In this document: piece after piece, positions 10,273-20,983 of the stretch | How the letters are laid out: every line of letters starts with the position of its first letter | Position numbering within the stretch: position 1 is the first letter of the stretch | IMG/VR virus record: IMGVR_UViG_3300005837_002722 | Strand: one strand, 5' to 3' | DNA: 64,000 bases | Source: an uncultured virus (IMG/VR IMGVR_UViG_3300005837_002722) | Taxonomy: Duplodnaviria > Heunggongvirae > Uroviricota > Caudoviricetes | Program-made: the position numbers and the translations under genes | Notes under the pieces: generated by a model | The model's input: only the letters and a program-made list of their open reading frames with translations | What the model was told of the DNA's origin: nothing | Database searches by the model: none

Positions 10273-10793
10273 TTTAGAAACTCCTTAATGTCTAATTTAT
10301 ATTTAAGACTATCAATTTTGTGTACACCTAGCAAAAACAATACATAACTTGCTACACTCGATCCTCTGCCTACACCCCATACAATACCTTTTGACCTCAT
10401 TGTGTCTACCATGTATTTAAGAAACTTTAGCATAGGCCATAGTCCTCTATCACGATACATAATCATTTCAAGTACTACTTGAGCCTTTTCTTCTTGTGTT
10501 GTACACAAACTCATGACATAACTGTCTATGTCCATTTGTTTATACTCGTCTGGCATATTCCAGCCATCTTCTTGAGTTGCTTGTTCAGCATACTCTTCCC
10601 ATGTTCCTGTATATGCTTCTCGAGTATTAATAGGAGTATGATCAAACTCAAACATTTTGCACAATTTATTATACTGTGTTGTGTCTACATCTGTAACAAC
10701 AGAACTAGGTTCAATGCCCCTATACATATATTCCATTAGATCACGTTCTGTTAGTTTTTCTTCAACCAATTGAGATTGAGTCATCGAATTCAT
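10269..10793 (-). CDS. DNA polymerase III alpha (DnaE)-like stand-alone fragment
   Basis: WGVGRGSSVASYVLFLLGVHKIDSLKYKL..EFL matches the DnaE GPGRGS..SLVAY.LGIT.IDPL...FERFL segment. Confidence 0.75.
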   Translation of the reverse strand: MNSMTQSQLVEEKLTERDLMEYMYRGIEPSSVVTDVDTTQYNKLCKMFEFDHTPINTREAYTGTWEEYAEQATQEDGWNMPDEYKQMDIDSYVMSLCTTQEEKAQVVLEMIMYRDRGLWPMLKFLKYMVDTMRSKGIVWGVGRGSSVASYVLFLLGVHKIDSLKYKLDIKEFLK

Positions 10794-11010
10794 CTTTACC
10801 TTCTTGTTTCATAGCCTCGGCTTGTTCCTTGGCTGAGTTTAATGAGAACTGCTCAGTGATTTGATTCATCATTTCTTGCAGTCTTGACATCACTATTGGG
10901 TTAGCACCTGCCGCTCGTGCTGTCGCCATTTTCTTTCCTACTTCCTGTTGTTTCTTTAACAGTTCATCGTTAGAAAGGCCGCTGACGTCAAAAAACGGAT
11001 TGAAAGTCAT
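10762..11010 (-). CDS. hypothetical protein
   Basis: ORF in operon (FNPF.D...LS..EL). Confidence 0.55.
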   Translation of the reverse strand: MTFNPFFDVSGLSNDELLKKQQEVGKKMATARAAGANPIVMSRLQEMMNQITEQFSLNSAKEQAEAMKQEGKDEFDDSISIG

Positions 11011-11012
11011 TA

Positions 11013-11702
11013 CTACTCTCTATTGCCCAGCAAGTGTAGAAGCATTTGAAACAGATTAATAAAGTTCAGGTATAAACTAAATGCGGCTAATACACCTGCA
11101 CGTTCTGCTTCTTCCATACTTGGTTGTTCGTTAAAGATAGTCTTTGCTCTTTGTATATCATAGGCTGTTAGTCCTGTGAAAATGAACACACCAATTACAC
11201 TTACCATAAATTGAAATGCACTGCTAACCAAAAAGATGTTAACAATACTTGCAATAATGATTCCTATTAGTCCCATTATAAGGAAACTACCCCAACCTGT
11301 CAAGTCTCTTTTGGTAGTATATCCATATAGTGCTGAACCAAAGTACATACACGAAGTAATAAAGAATACTCGGATAATACTTTCTGGTGAATAGACTAAG
11401 AAAATATATCCTAAACTTAATCCCATTACTGCACTGAAAGCATAGTAGGCTAGTTTACATGCTTGAACACTCATACGTTGTGCATTAAAACTAAACCAAA
11501 AAATGAATGCCAACGGAGCAAACATAACTATCCATTTCATTGGACTCATGTAGATCGCTCTCATTAGTTCTGGTGAACTACTTGCAAAAAATGCAACAAG
11601 TCCACTTACAAGTATTCCAAGACCAACATGGTTAAACATGTCGATCATAAAGCGTCTGAGTCCTAAATCATATCTGCGTTGGAATACAACTGCGTCTGCC
11701 AT
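11013..11702 (-). CDS. Bax inhibitor-1/YccA family membrane protein
   Basis: 7 TM; GYTTKRDL, GLTAYDIQ, LYLNFINLF..LL. Confidence 0.9.
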   Translation of the reverse strand: MADAVVFQRRYDLGLRRFMIDMFNHVGLGILVSGLVAFFASSSPELMRAIYMSPMKWIVMFAPLAFIFWFSFNAQRMSVQACKLAYYAFSAVMGLSLGYIFLVYSPESIIRVFFITSCMYFGSALYGYTTKRDLTGWGSFLIMGLIGIIIASIVNIFLVSSAFQFMVSVIGVFIFTGLTAYDIQRAKTIFNEQPSMEEAERAGVLAAFSLYLNFINLFQMLLHLLGNRE

Positions 11703-12074
11703 TATAGGTCTCCTTCTTTTCTGTTTTCGCTAAACCAAACATCAAACTCGCCACCTGGGTAACGTGCTTTTAGTTTGTTAACATTTTCTGCTACGACTTC
11801 GTTAGGGTCCAAACCAAGAGCCCGGCAACTATTAATCCAATACCACATAATNNNNNNNNNNNTTACCTTGGAAGATACATTTTTTAACAATTTCACTAAA
11901 CTCTCCTCCTTCACTAGCGATGCCAATAGCACCTGTTAATAGTAGTGCCATATTGACATTACTATCCTTTTCAAGATCGTTTAGCCTAGTTGCTAAACTT
12001 CCTGTTTCGTTACTCTGCAATGAAGTAACTTCTTGTACGAATTCTGCGTATTTGTTGAGATCTACTCTATCCAA
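11702..12074 (-). CDS. MazG-like nucleotide pyrophosphohydrolase (interrupted by N-gap 11852-11862)
   Basis: LLTGAIGIASEGGEFSEIVKKCIFQG...IMWY....C.ALG....V...NVNKLKARYPGGEF. Confidence 0.8.
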
Positions 12075-12089
12075 TTTAACTCTCCGTTA

Positions 12090-12419
12090 TTAAATGCTAA
12101 TGCTAGTTCCACAACCACAACTGCTTTTAGCAAGTGGGTTATCAACTGTGAGCATACTACCAAAAACATCATTTTTAAAGTTTACAGTACTGCCCATTAT
12201 ATACATCATACTAACATGATCTAACACAAATGTCAAGTTCTCATTGTCGATAATTACATCGTCGAGTTCATCTATCTCTTCTTTGTTTATAAGTTGCCAG
12301 TCGTATTCGAAGCCTGCACACCCTCCACCTTTGACGCCAAAGCGAACTGCTTGTTTGCCTTGTGTTCGTAAGATACTAGTTAAGTGATCTTGTGCTGGTT
12401 GTGTTACGTCTACTGTCAT
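12090..12419 (-). CDS. A-type Fe-S carrier (IscA/HesB family)
   Basis: GGGCAGFEY, NPLAKSSCGCGTS. Confidence 0.9.
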   Translation of the reverse strand: MTVDVTQPAQDHLTSILRTQGKQAVRFGVKGGGCAGFEYDWQLINKEEIDELDDVIIDNENLTFVLDHVSMMYIMGSTVNFKNDVFGSMLTVDNPLAKSSCGCGTSISI

Positions 12420-12427
12420 AATAATAT

Positions 12428-12802
12428 TTAGTCTCCCTTGCCCGGCTTGCCTGAGAAATACTGTGTTTTAGATCCACCTTTATATGTGCCACCGTTTTTC
12501 TCACTTGGATTCCAATCATCTGCATCTGGCATTGGATCGCCATTTGATGTAATGTTTGGCCACTTTTCTGCATATTCTGTATTCATCTTTAACCAAAACT
12601 TGTCATTAGCATTGGTTTCTACTTCTAGATCACTAATAATTGCTTCTGCAGGACATTCAGGAACACATACCCCACAGTCAATACATTCGTCTGGTTTGAT
12701 TACCAGCATGTTTTCACCTTCATAAAAGCAGTCCACTGGACATACTTCTACACAATCTTTAAATTTACATTTGATACAATTATCATTTACTATATATGTC
12801 AT
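12428..12802 (-). CDS. fdxA: FdxA-type ferredoxin
   Basis: [51 protein letters not shown]; start trimmed to 12802. Confidence 0.9.
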   Translation of the reverse strand: MTYIVNDNCIKCKFKDCVEVCPVDCFYEGENMLVIKPDECIDCGVCVPECPAEAIISDLEVETNANDKFWLKMNTEYAEKWPNITSNGDPMPDADDWNPSEKNGGTYKGGSKTQYFSGKPGKGD

Positions 12803-13872
12803 AGTTGTCCTACTATAGATTCCCATTGATCACGCCATGTGTAATCAAAGGTACGTTTATGAATTATATTTAAGTCTTGATCTTCAAATCCAATTTCATA
12901 TACATCATCACAATATTTAACACGGCGATCTAGTTCTTGCCAATCCATTTCTAGTATGTCTAAATTTAGTTTTGCAAGTTTACCAGTACCAAGTGCAAGT
13001 CGCTTGTCCTCAGGATCCCAATCATTTTTTCGTAACCATGTTTTAAAATCTTCAGTGAGTCTAGGTTCTTTGACACCAGGTGGCATACCTTTACGAAAAC
13101 TTAGAATACATTCACCAGTCATATATCGCATACCCGATACGTTGCTTTTGTCAATGTGTTCATCTTTGTCATTATAAACTTCGTGGTGCATTTTACCAAG
13201 TTGCGAATAATAAGCAGTGATATCACCCCAATTGGCTTGTTCATCTACAAATCCATCATAGTGTTGGTCTTCAAGATCATAACGTACTAACTGTTCAGGT
13301 TTAACACCGTCATGTCTACGTCCACTAAAACTTAAAAACACTCCACCTCTTTGGGGATCATGAATACTAGCAATATTACCTTCTATTTCATGGCACAGAT
13401 TATTAAGTGCATGTATACCCCACTGTGCTTTAGCACCTGCTTGATCAAACCATTTTGCAGGTTGCCAAACTTGTCCAATCAAGTTTTCAAAGTGGTGATG
13501 AATTTGATTCATATGGTCTTGCACTTGATTATGACTACGCAACAATTCTTTATTGAAGTGTAAATCAATGTGCGGATAATCTTTGAGACCTTGATCTTCA
13601 TTGATCCATGCAATTGCTTGATTCATTTGATCGCACAACACATCTATATTTCTTGTATAGTTTGTGTCGTTCCAAGAATGTTGCCATGCTTGAAAGCAAT
13701 AACTTTTTTCTAGAGGATGATTGTTTGAAATATTATCCTTTGCAAGAAATTGTTTAGTTAAACATTCTTGCCAAAACTGTCCTAGTGCAGAATCTACGAC
13801 ATCCCAATGTAGTGTTATTGGTGCATACTTTTCTTCTGCGTCCCTAAATTTTGCATAGAACAGATTTTTCAA
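12799..13872 (-). CDS. hypothetical protein, paralog of 8410-9297
   Basis: [14 protein letters not shown] and YYSQLGK motifs. Confidence 0.6.
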   Translation of the reverse strand: MKNLFYAKFRDAEEKYAPITLHWDVVDSALGQFWQECLTKQFLAKDNISNNHPLEKSYCFQAWQHSWNDTNYTRNIDVLCDQMNQAIAWINEDQGLKDYPHIDLHFNKELLRSHNQVQDHMNQIHHHFENLIGQVWQPAKWFDQAGAKAQWGIHALNNLCHEIEGNIASIHDPQRGGVFLSFSGRRHDGVKPEQLVRYDLEDQHYDGFVDEQANWGDITAYYSQLGKMHHEVYNDKDEHIDKSNVSGMRYMTGECILSFRKGMPPGVKEPRLTEDFKTWLRKNDWDPEDKRLALGTGKLAKLNLDILEMDWQELDRRVKYCDDVYEIGFEDQDLNIIHKRTFDYTWRDQWESIVGQL

Positions 13873-14312
13873 AGTTTTACTACGCCTTCTTTCAATAGTC
13901 TTTCTCTATTTTTAAGATGTTGCTTTTCTACTAGTTCTTTGTTTTCACCGTAGTATGCAACTGCGTAACCTTCTTGAATCATCTTACTGTTGATGTTTTC
14001 ACCATCACACCAAATTTCACCTAGTACACGACCAAACTTACCACGTGCATCTGCAACGTGAGTTTTACATACTATTTCATCTGCTGATGCTACAGTATCT
14101 TTCAAATACTTTTTACTTGCAAGACCAAATTTCTTTTCAGTCTTGTCTCTAGTTCTTGACTCTGGAGTATCAATACCAAACATACGAATACGTTGTTTTA
14201 GTTGTACATCAAATCCTAAATCAAAGATAACATCAATTGTGTCGCCATCTATGACTCTTAATACTCTTGCTATTCGATAAACGAATGCGGCCGGTGCCGC
14301 AGGCTTCTTCAT
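13869..14312 (-). CDS. thermonuclease (SNase-like) family
   Basis: RVIDGDTID.., QRIRMFGIDTPES, GKFGRVLG, IN..MIQEGYA. Confidence 0.88.
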   Translation of the reverse strand: MKKPAAPAAFVYRIARVLRVIDGDTIDVIFDLGFDVQLKQRIRMFGIDTPESRTRDKTEKKFGLASKKYLKDTVASADEIVCKTHVADARGKFGRVLGEIWCDGENINSKMIQEGYAVAYYGENKELVEKQHLKNRERLLKEGVVKL

Positions 14313-14518
14313 TGTGCCTGCTCAATTTCTGCGATCAGATCCGCTTTCTTTTTACGTTTATCTAGTTCAATTCCTAGTGTGCGGCCGTAGCCTTCTAATT
14401 CTGCCTTTGTCATTTTTTGAAGATCTGCTTTGGTTACTGTAGTAACTTCATCTTCTAACATTAAGGCTTGTTCACGTTTGGGTATGATACCCATCATGTT
14501 TTTAAACCATTGTAACAT
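14309..14518 (-). CDS. small protein with Rho-N/HeH-like motif
   Basis: LQKMTKAELEGYGRTLGIELDKRKKKADLIAEI. Confidence 0.55.
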   Translation of the reverse strand: MLQWFKNMMGIIPKREQALMLEDEVTTVTKADLQKMTKAELEGYGRTLGIELDKRKKKADLIAEIEQAQ

Positions 14519-14521
14519 AAT

Positions 14522-14827
14522 CTATTCCCATATTCCTAGTGTTAGTTTAACATCCTCGCTCATTGCCCATGGACCAAAAGGAGGGTCAAACGTTGTTATA
14601 ATATCACAGGTGTCTACACCTTCGATACTTGTGACAGCATTTTGGATATCTCTAATGATATCATCTGCCGCCGGACAAAATGCTGACGTCAGTGTGTGAG
14701 TTACAGTTACTTTGGGGAGTTCCTTAAGATCTATTTCGTAAATGAGTCCTAAGTCAAAAATATTGACGCTTATTTCAGGGTCATAAACTTTACGCAAAGC
14801 GTCCTGTATATCTGCCAACATGCTCAT
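14522..14827 (-). CDS. SufT/PaaD (DUF59) Fe-S assembly protein
   Basis: L.KVYDPEISVNIFDLGLIY, TLTSAFCP, FDPP. Confidence 0.9.
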   Translation of the reverse strand: MSMLADIQDALRKVYDPEISVNIFDLGLIYEIDLKELPKVTVTHTLTSAFCPAADDIIRDIQNAVTSIEGVDTCDIITTFDPPFGPWAMSEDVKLTLGIWE

Positions 14828-14828
14828 A

Positions 14829-15080
14829 TTATTTAGCCATCATTTTAAACCAAGTAGAATCTTCTTCATTATGAAAATGAACTGCTATTCCACCAAAGTT
14901 TTTATCTATGCGATAGCCCCATGTTTTACCAGGTTCGCCATAACACTCACGTAAACGTTTTGTATAATCGCGAACCCAAGTTTTAGTAAATGGTTTGTCT
15001 CCGTCTGGACAAACTGTATAGTGGTAATTGAAATGACTATCTGTGTTTGTTTGAGATATCAGTACAACACCTTGCAACAT
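14829..15080 (-). CDS. hypothetical protein (F..EED..WFK paralog family)
   Basis: C-terminal motif. Confidence 0.55.
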   Translation of the reverse strand: MLQGVVLISQTNTDSHFNYHYTVCPDGDKPFTKTWVRDYTKRLRECYGEPGKTWGYRIDKNFGGIAVHFHNEEDSTWFKMMAK

Positions 15081-15538
15081 TAGCCAGCATATCCTTGATC
15101 TACATATACTGCACTGTTAGCACCATGCTCAGCACATTCTACTTTGATGCAACGACAACGTCCGTCTGTTGCTTTTTGCACCAGTTGATTTGCAAAGTTA
15201 AATGCATGTTCTGCAAACTTCTCTGCACCAACACCATCAAAGATTACAATCTCTGCTAGATCCATTTGTTCTAGTTCTTTAAACTTGTCCAAGTGTGGAT
15301 CTGCTTTATCTACCACTAGTTTGTGATCAAAATGATCTTCTAACCATTTCTTTAGTTCTTTAAGTCCACCAAAATCAACAACCCAATTTTTGTTGTCAAG
15401 TTCTGTACACCCAAATGTAAATGTAAATGCTAGACTGTATCCGTGTAGCAGATGACAATGTGAATGATCTGCGTTTGGTTGACGGAACACCGCACTCAGT
15501 CCGATGTTGTGTCCGTATGTTTTTGTACTATAATGCAT
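15080..15538 (-). CDS. queD: 6-carboxytetrahydropterin / 6-pyruvoyl-tetrahydropterin synthase family
   Basis: HCHLLHGY, WVVDFGGLK, FDHK, E.FA, E...NSA.Y. Confidence 0.82.
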   Translation of the reverse strand: MHYSTKTYGHNIGLSAVFRQPNADHSHCHLLHGYSLAFTFTFGCTELDNKNWVVDFGGLKELKKWLEDHFDHKLVVDKADPHLDKFKELEQMDLAEIVIFDGVGAEKFAEHAFNFANQLVQKATDGRCRCIKVECAEHGANSAVYVDQGYAG

Positions 15539-15603
15539 TAGTTATGCCTCCATTTTTCAATGACGGCAGAGTGTTTTACGAGGGTTGACGTCAAGTCCTC
15601 AAT
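15539..15603 (-). ncRNA. candidate riboswitch (preQ1-I-like H-type pseudoknot with alternative SD-sequestering hairpin)
   Basis: Leader UGAGG-ACUUGACGUCAAC-CCUCG-UAAAA-CACUCUGCCGUCAUU-GAAA-AAUGGAGGCA; loop UGACG can pair with downstream CGUCA. Confidence 0.5.
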
Positions 15604-15607
15604 TGTT

Positions 15608-15636
15608 AATATACTATATTTAATCATATTTGTCAA
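15608..15636 (-). promoter_or_regulatory. sigma70 promoter of queD
   Basis: TTGACA-17nt-TATATT. Confidence 0.7.
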
Positions 15637-15796
15637 GGTTAAAGTTCTTCAATAATGCCTAAACCTTCGGCGGCAATTAAAAACAATCCTGCTAGTACAA
15701 AGTTGCCCATAACAAGAAATATACCTGCTACAATGCGAACTGCACTTTTAACAAGACTAATATAAAAATGTTTCTTACTTGGATCTACTGGTTCCA

Positions 15797-16048
15797 TTAG
15801 TTTTCTCTCCATCTATAAACGTTTGGAGTACAGAAGTTTCTTCCAAACTTACAAGTGTTATCATCTCTACAAACTCTTTCGTGTTTGCTATTTTCCCAAC
15901 AGTTACTTGTCCAAGGATCTGTATATTTTTTTACAAATCTATCCCAAGTGTCGTCTAGTGTCATCATTGCCATTACGGGAATGATAAACATTGCTATTAT
16001 AATCCAAAGAAAAGCAATGCCAAAGCCTTTGTTATGATATGGTTCCAT
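15797..16048 (-). CDS. hypothetical membrane-anchored Cys-rich protein
   Basis: one TM and four Cys. Confidence 0.5.
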   Translation of the reverse strand: MEPYHNKGFGIAFLWIIIAMFIIPVMAMMTLDDTWDRFVKKYTDPWTSNCWENSKHERVCRDDNTCKFGRNFCTPNVYRWREN

Positions 16049-16253
16049 TATTTCACCTTTAAATTTGTAGGACTATACTGGTCACCATTGTAGCCACTAC
16101 CTGTTGCATTTGGGCCTGTTTCGACCCCACTGTTACAGGCAAATACAACAACACATAAAAAGAAAGCACTCCACAGTGTAGCACGTTTACTCCAAAGGAT
16201 AAATCCATCCATTGCTTCTTCGGCTTGTTTCTGTGCAATTTCTTTAGGTGTCA

Positions 16254-16841
16254 TTATTCTCTTGCCTCTACAATTTTATCTGCAAGTCCGTAATCAACTG
16301 CTTCTTGTGCAGTCATAAAGTAATCACGATCCATGTCTATTTGGAACTCAGCAAATGTTTTCTTGGCTGTATTGTGTTTAACATACAGTTCAGTTAACTG
16401 CTCTTTCCAATACTGAATTTCTTTGTATTGAATTTCAATATCACTTGCTTGACCTCTTGCTCCACCACTTGGTTGGTGAATCATTGTTCTTGAGTTAGGC
16501 AATAGCAAACGTTTGCCTGGTGCACCTGCTTGTGCTAAAAATGATCCCATGCTACATGCTTGACCCATTACCACTGTGGTAACATCAGGTTTAATATACT
16601 GCATTGTATCATAGATACTCATGCCATCGGTAATAACACCGCCTGGCGAATTAATATAAAATGTAATGTCTTTAGAACTGTCTTCACTTTCTAAAAACAA
16701 CATTTGACTTACGATTAGATTGGCACTTGTTTGTTCAACAGGGCCATTAAGCATCACAACACGATCTTTGAGCAATCGTGAATAGATGTCATATGAACGT
16801 TCACCACGTGACGTTTGTTCAATTACTATTGGTACTAGCAT
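16254..16841 (-). CDS. clpP: ATP-dependent Clp protease proteolytic subunit
   Basis: [41 protein letters not shown] (Ser), MIHQP (His), DRD; start trimmed to 16841. Confidence 0.95.
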   Translation of the reverse strand: MLVPIVIEQTSRGERSYDIYSRLLKDRVVMLNGPVEQTSANLIVSQMLFLESEDSSKDITFYINSPGGVITDGMSIYDTMQYIKPDVTTVVMGQACSMGSFLAQAGAPGKRLLLPNSRTMIHQPSGGARGQASDIEIQYKEIQYWKEQLTELYVKHNTAKKTFAEFQIDMDRDYFMTAQEAVDYGLADKIVEARE

Positions 16842-17406
16842 TCTTACCTCTATAAAGTTTTCTGTAACAGTTTTGTACACCAACGATTTGCTTCCAGCAA
16901 TCCCATAGGGCGTGGTGTGCATCTTCTGCAAGTTGTGGCAACTCAGCATCACACAATCCGTAGATTGTACGAGTATCTTTGATTTCCCAAAACTTCCAAG
17001 GATTGCCTCTTGCAAGTTTGGTGTTGTAGTCTTCAATGATCATAACGTCAAAGATACTTCCGTTAGACCATACTGCTTGTGCTCCACCGTCAGCATTATA
17101 CCAACGATGAAAATCACTTAATACTGTTTTGATATCATGACGATCATCTTCTGCAAAGGCTTCGTTTTTTACTTTTTCATCTTGTTTGGCCCACCATGCA
17201 AGTGTACCATCATCGATGTCTGCCCCAAGTGCTGAACATGATCCTGGATCGATTCTGCGATAGAAACTATATTTTGAATTGAAAATTTTATCTTCACTTA
17301 CACCACGTGCATCATTGTGTGGATCAAACTTCATTGCACCAAACGTTAGAATACAAGCATTTGGCTTTGTACTTAGAGTTTCTAGATCGACCATGACATG
17401 ATTCAT
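16819..17406 (-). CDS. DEDDh 3'-5' exonuclease (RNase AS-like)
   Basis: [26 protein letters not shown]. Confidence 0.85.
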   Translation of the reverse strand: MNHVMVDLETLSTKPNACILTFGAMKFDPHNDARGVSEDKIFNSKYSFYRRIDPGSCSALGADIDDGTLAWWAKQDEKVKNEAFAEDDRHDIKTVLSDFHRWYNADGGAQAVWSNGSIFDVMIIEDYNTKLARGNPWKFWEIKDTRTIYGLCDAELPQLAEDAHHALWDCWKQIVGVQNCYRKLYRGKNASTNSN

Positions 17407-17801
17407 TATGCTTTGCCTCTTACGATAATTGCATCCGGGAGACTTTCCTGTAGTTCACGTTCTGCTACTTTGCGACTGGCGCCTTCTATAAATGCAGTAC
17501 CGTAACCGTTTTGGATTTCCATGCTCCAGGGTTTTGTTTTCTTAATGCGAAGAGGCACGTTTACAGGAACTGTAAAATCGAGCCTCCACACTGTTTTCGG
17601 ATTGGGGAATTGTAAAACTTCGGCACTCATTTAAGCCGCCTTGTTTTTCTCTAACCCCTTCTTGACTTCGCTAACTCTATCTTCTAGTACACTAATCGTA
17701 GTATGAATGTGTCCAGTATCATGAGGTTGAAGTCTAGATTTGAGTGTTTGAATTTCTTCTAAAAGAAACATCAATCTTTCTACTTCTGTCAATTGCTCCT
17801 C

Positions 17802-18371
17802 CTAATTTAGGCTTTGAACTTGTGTGTTGACTCTAACTGTAATAGTTTGACCAACATGCACAGGAGTCTTTGAATACCCTCTCAAATTCGGTCCACCCGC
17901 TTTAAGTTTGTATCCAAACTTGTAACCAACAATAGATCTAGTTGTAGTTGAGTTCTGTTGTGTATAACATTTTTCAACTTGTCTGTAACCAATAATCTGG
18001 TTGTTCTTGTTTTTGTTGTTAGCAATAATGGCACCAGTCATTGCACCAACGCCTGTTGCAACGTCATTACCGCTACCTTTACCAATTTGGTTACCAATGA
18101 TACCACCAATGATACCACCAATAATCATATCGTCAGTTGTGTCTTTTGTATTACCGTAAATAGGTACTTGCTCAGTTTGGCAAACCTTTTGCGGTGAATA
18201 GGTTGTTGTATTACCGTACTCTGGATTTACACTAGTAATGGTTGCTTTGGACAACATACTGTTGTGACCATTTCCTGCATAGAATCCGTTCTGTTGTGCG
18301 ATAGCAGGTGTACATGCAAACAGAATTACTGTCATTGCACCAGCCGCTACATTCTTAAACAATTGTTTCAT
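17802..18371 (-). CDS. glycine-zipper 2TM (YcfJ-like) exported protein
   Basis: signal peptide; IGGIIGGIIGNQIGKGSG..VATGVGA; start at 18371 after AAGGAG. Confidence 0.8.
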   Translation of the reverse strand: MKQLFKNVAAGAMTVILFACTPAIAQQNGFYAGNGHNSMLSKATITSVNPEYGNTTTYSPQKVCQTEQVPIYGNTKDTTDDMIIGGIIGGIIGNQIGKGSGNDVATGVGAMTGAIIANNKNKNNQIIGYRQVEKCYTQQNSTTTRSIVGYKFGYKLKAGGPNLRGYSKTPVHVGQTITVRVNTQVQSLN

Positions 18372-18448
18372 CTGGAACTCCTTCCGTTTTAATTGCTTTA
18401 TCATTATCTATAGTATATGATATCTTGGTATAAAAGTCAACCAAAAAA

Positions 18449-18706
18449 TCAGGCAGGCTCAGGGTTTTTTACGGTTTTTATAGGTGAATTTAGCATATCT
18501 TGTATGTATGAATCTGGTACACACAATATCTTGTATGATTCGCTGTTTGGGTACATAATATTCAAGTCCTCTACTACAGAATCATTGTTTTCAACAAAAG
18601 TTTTGCACTCTTCTTGACTATTAAACATTAAATTCATACTCATTACGTCAGTGAATTCACTTCCGCTCACTATCAGTGTTATGAAGGCTACTATTTGCCA
18701 CGTCAT
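18449..18706 (-). CDS. hypothetical exported protein
   Basis: F.S.EECK.FV...C; resembles 7545-7802. Confidence 0.5.
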   Translation of the reverse strand: MTWQIVAFITLIVSGSEFTDVMSMNLMFNSQEECKTFVENNDSVVEDLNIMYPNSESYKILCVPDSYIQDMLNSPIKTVKNPEPA

Positions 18707-18860
18707 CTTCTATAATACTCCGGCCCCGCTTTCCACAAGCAGGACAGTTAAAAGTTATTCTCTCAATGCGTAGATTTTGTTCCATTGTGGGATAAGTGAA
18801 ATACCCTTTACAACTGGTACAAGTCAGATGCCAAATTGTTTCTTTCTGTGCTCTAAACAT
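18657..18860 (-). CDS. zinc-ribbon small protein
   Basis: CTSC...CPACG. Confidence 0.6.
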   Translation of the reverse strand: MFRAQKETIWHLTCTSCKGYFTYPTMEQNLRIERITFNCPACGKRGRSIIEDDVANSSLHNTDSERK

Positions 18861-18876
18861 TGCCTCGTTCTTGTAA

Positions 18877-18952
18877 TGGTGCTGGTGAAAGGACTCGAAC
18901 CTCCAACCTATTGATTACAAATCAATTGCACTACCAATTGTGCTACACCAGC
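18877..18952 (-). tRNA. tRNA-Thr(TGT)
   Basis: GCTGGTG acceptor, ATTGA-TTTGTAA-TCAAT anticodon arm, GGTTCGAGTCC, encoded CCA; preceded by TTGACA-17-TATACT. Confidence 0.95.
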
Positions 18953-19010
18953 ATTTCTCATTACCGTTAAAGTATATACTCAAGTTTTACTGCTGTCAAG
19001 TTATTTATTC

Positions 19011-19802
19011 TTAACCAAAGTCTCCTGATACATATGCTCGAGTTTTACGATGGTTAGGATTTTCAAAAATCTTTTTGGTAGAACCTTTCTCTACAATCTC
19101 ACCTAGGTGGAAGTATGCGGTTGTATCTGAAATACGTTTTGCCTGTTGCATGTTGTGAGTAACAATAACAATTGTGTAATTCTTTTTCAGTTCTAATAAT
19201 AGTTCTTCAATAGCATTGGTTGAGATAGGATCCAGTGCTGAACAAGGTTCATCTAGTAGTAACACCTGCGGATCAACTGCTAACGATCTAGCAATACACA
19301 ATCTTTGTTGTTGTCCACCACTTAGTCCAAATGCATCATCATACAATCTGTCTTTGACTTCTTTCCATAGATTAGCACGTTTCAAACTGTCTTCTACAAT
19401 ACTATCAAGTTGTTCGTTTGTTTCTGCCATACGGTGTAGTCTAGGACCGTAAGCAACGTTTTCATAGATACTCTTTGGAAAAGGATTTGGTTTTTGAAAT
19501 ACCATACCAACACTCTTACGCAGGTTATTTACGTTAGTGTATTGTGTACGATAGATGTCTGTACCATTGATATCGATAGTACCTTTGATTACACATGTAT
19601 CTATAAAATCATTCATTCTATTGATACAACGCAATAGTGTACTTTTACCACAACCACTTGGGCCAATCAATGCTGTCACATTGTTTTTTCTAATTGTAAG
19701 ATTGCAGTCTTTGAGTGCATGAAAATCTTCATACCAAAGATTTAGATTGCGTATATCAATTGCGGCACTTGAGCCTAATTCGAGTTTACTTTCTACTTCC
19801 AT
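19011..19802 (-). CDS. pstB: phosphate ABC transporter ATPase
   Basis: [55 protein letters not shown]. Confidence 0.96.
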   Translation of the reverse strand: MEVESKLELGSSAAIDIRNLNLWYEDFHALKDCNLTIRKNNVTALIGPSGCGKSTLLRCINRMNDFIDTCVIKGTIDINGTDIYRTQYTNVNNLRKSVGMVFQKPNPFPKSIYENVAYGPRLHRMAETNEQLDSIVEDSLKRANLWKEVKDRLYDDAFGLSGGQQQRLCIARSLAVDPQVLLLDEPCSALDPISTNAIEELLLELKKNYTIVIVTHNMQQAKRISDTTAYFHLGEIVEKGSTKKIFENPNHRKTRAYVSGDFG

Positions 19803-20983
19803 TTTATTTCAAACCTTTTCCTTAACCAAATTGCAAAGAGATTCAGTGTGACCAGAATAATCAATAGTACTAGAATAGCGGCACTGGTCTTTTCCGCAAA
19901 TCCTCTTTCTGGAGCGTCGGCCCAAAGAAATATTTGAACAGGCAAACTAGTTGCCGGATCCATTATAGTGTCTGGTGCTACAAGAATAAATGCTACCATA
20001 CCAATCATCAATAGTGGAGCACTTTCTCCTATTGCTCTCGCAATACCAATAATTGTTCCTGTGATAATACCAGGCATTGCCGCTGGCAATACTTGATAAA
20101 CTGTTGTTTGCAGTCTACTAGCACCAAGTCCGTTTGATGCATCTCTAACACTTTGTGGAACTGTTCGCAGTGCAGTTCTAGCGGCAATAACAATAGTTGG
20201 CAGTGTGAGTACAGCCAATGTTATACCACCTGCTAGTGCTGAACTTCTTGGCATACCAAACAGTTGAATAAACACTGCCAGTCCAAGCAAACCATATACA
20301 ATACTAGGTACTGCGGCTAGGTTGTTGATATTGATTTCCATCCAACCTTTATATCGTCTCCAACCTTTACCTATTCGTCCAGGAAATTCTTCCATCCAAG
20401 TTGCACAGCCTACGCCAATAGGAAATGCAAATAGTATAGCAAGTCCAATAGTGTACAGTGTACCTACTACTGCTCCCCAGATACCTGCTATCTCAGGTGA
20501 ACGACTGTCTGCATTACGCCAAAAATCCCAATTCCAAGTTTTGTAGATCTTGCCGTCTTTGACCAGCATGTCAACAACTGTTTGTTGTGTGTTGCTTAGT
20601 TTATTGTATACACCTTTGATGTACATATCAACATCTGTGTGTGCCACTAGAGTGTATGTGCCTGGCTCTGTAATATCAATAGTACTGTAGGCATTTGGTG
20701 TTACCAATTGACGCAAATCTTTTTTAGTTTTTCTATCTGCACCAATTACTAGTTCATACATTGCTGAATTGATGGTTCGCTTTGTACTTGATTCAATAGT
20801 AGTAACATCTACATCAATTTTAGTTTGTGTAAATGCACCAATACCTCTGTAGCCAAGTGTAACAAAAAATACTAGCATAAGCACAGCCGTGACGGCCACT
20901 GCACCTTTACATGCATACTCTAGTCCTTTTTGTAGTGTGCGTCTACGACCTGTTAGTTTATTGTTTAAGTCTATTGACTGCAT
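19793..20983 (-). CDS. pstA: phosphate ABC transporter permease
   Basis: [37 protein letters not shown]. Confidence 0.93.
   Translation of the reverse strand: MQSIDLNNKLTGRRRTLQKGLEYACKGAVAVTAVLMLVFFVTLGYRGIGAFTQTKIDVDVTTIESSTKRTINSAMYELVIGADRKTKKDLRQLVTPNAYSTIDITEPGTYTLVAHTDVDMYIKGVYNKLSNTQQTVVDMLVKDGKIYKTWNWDFWRNADSRSPEIAGIWGAVVGTLYTIGLAILFAFPIGVGCATWMEEFPGRIGKGWRRYKGWMEININNLAAVPSIVYGLLGLAVFIQLFGMPRSSALAGGITLAVLTLPTIVIAARTALRTVPQSVRDASNGLGASRLQTTVYQVLPAAMPGIITGTIIGIARAIGESAPLLMIGMVAFILVAPDTIMDPATSLPVQIFLWADAPERGFAEKTSAAILVLLIILVTLNLFAIWLRKRFEIKWK

Noticed and set aside
11832..11932. Two overlapping MazG-like ORFs
   Set aside because: The frame change occurs in the N-run at 11852-11862; one gene
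16842..17036. N-terminal extension on ClpP
   Set aside because: Overlaps the exonuclease gene; the canonical MLVPIV start with SD is at 16841
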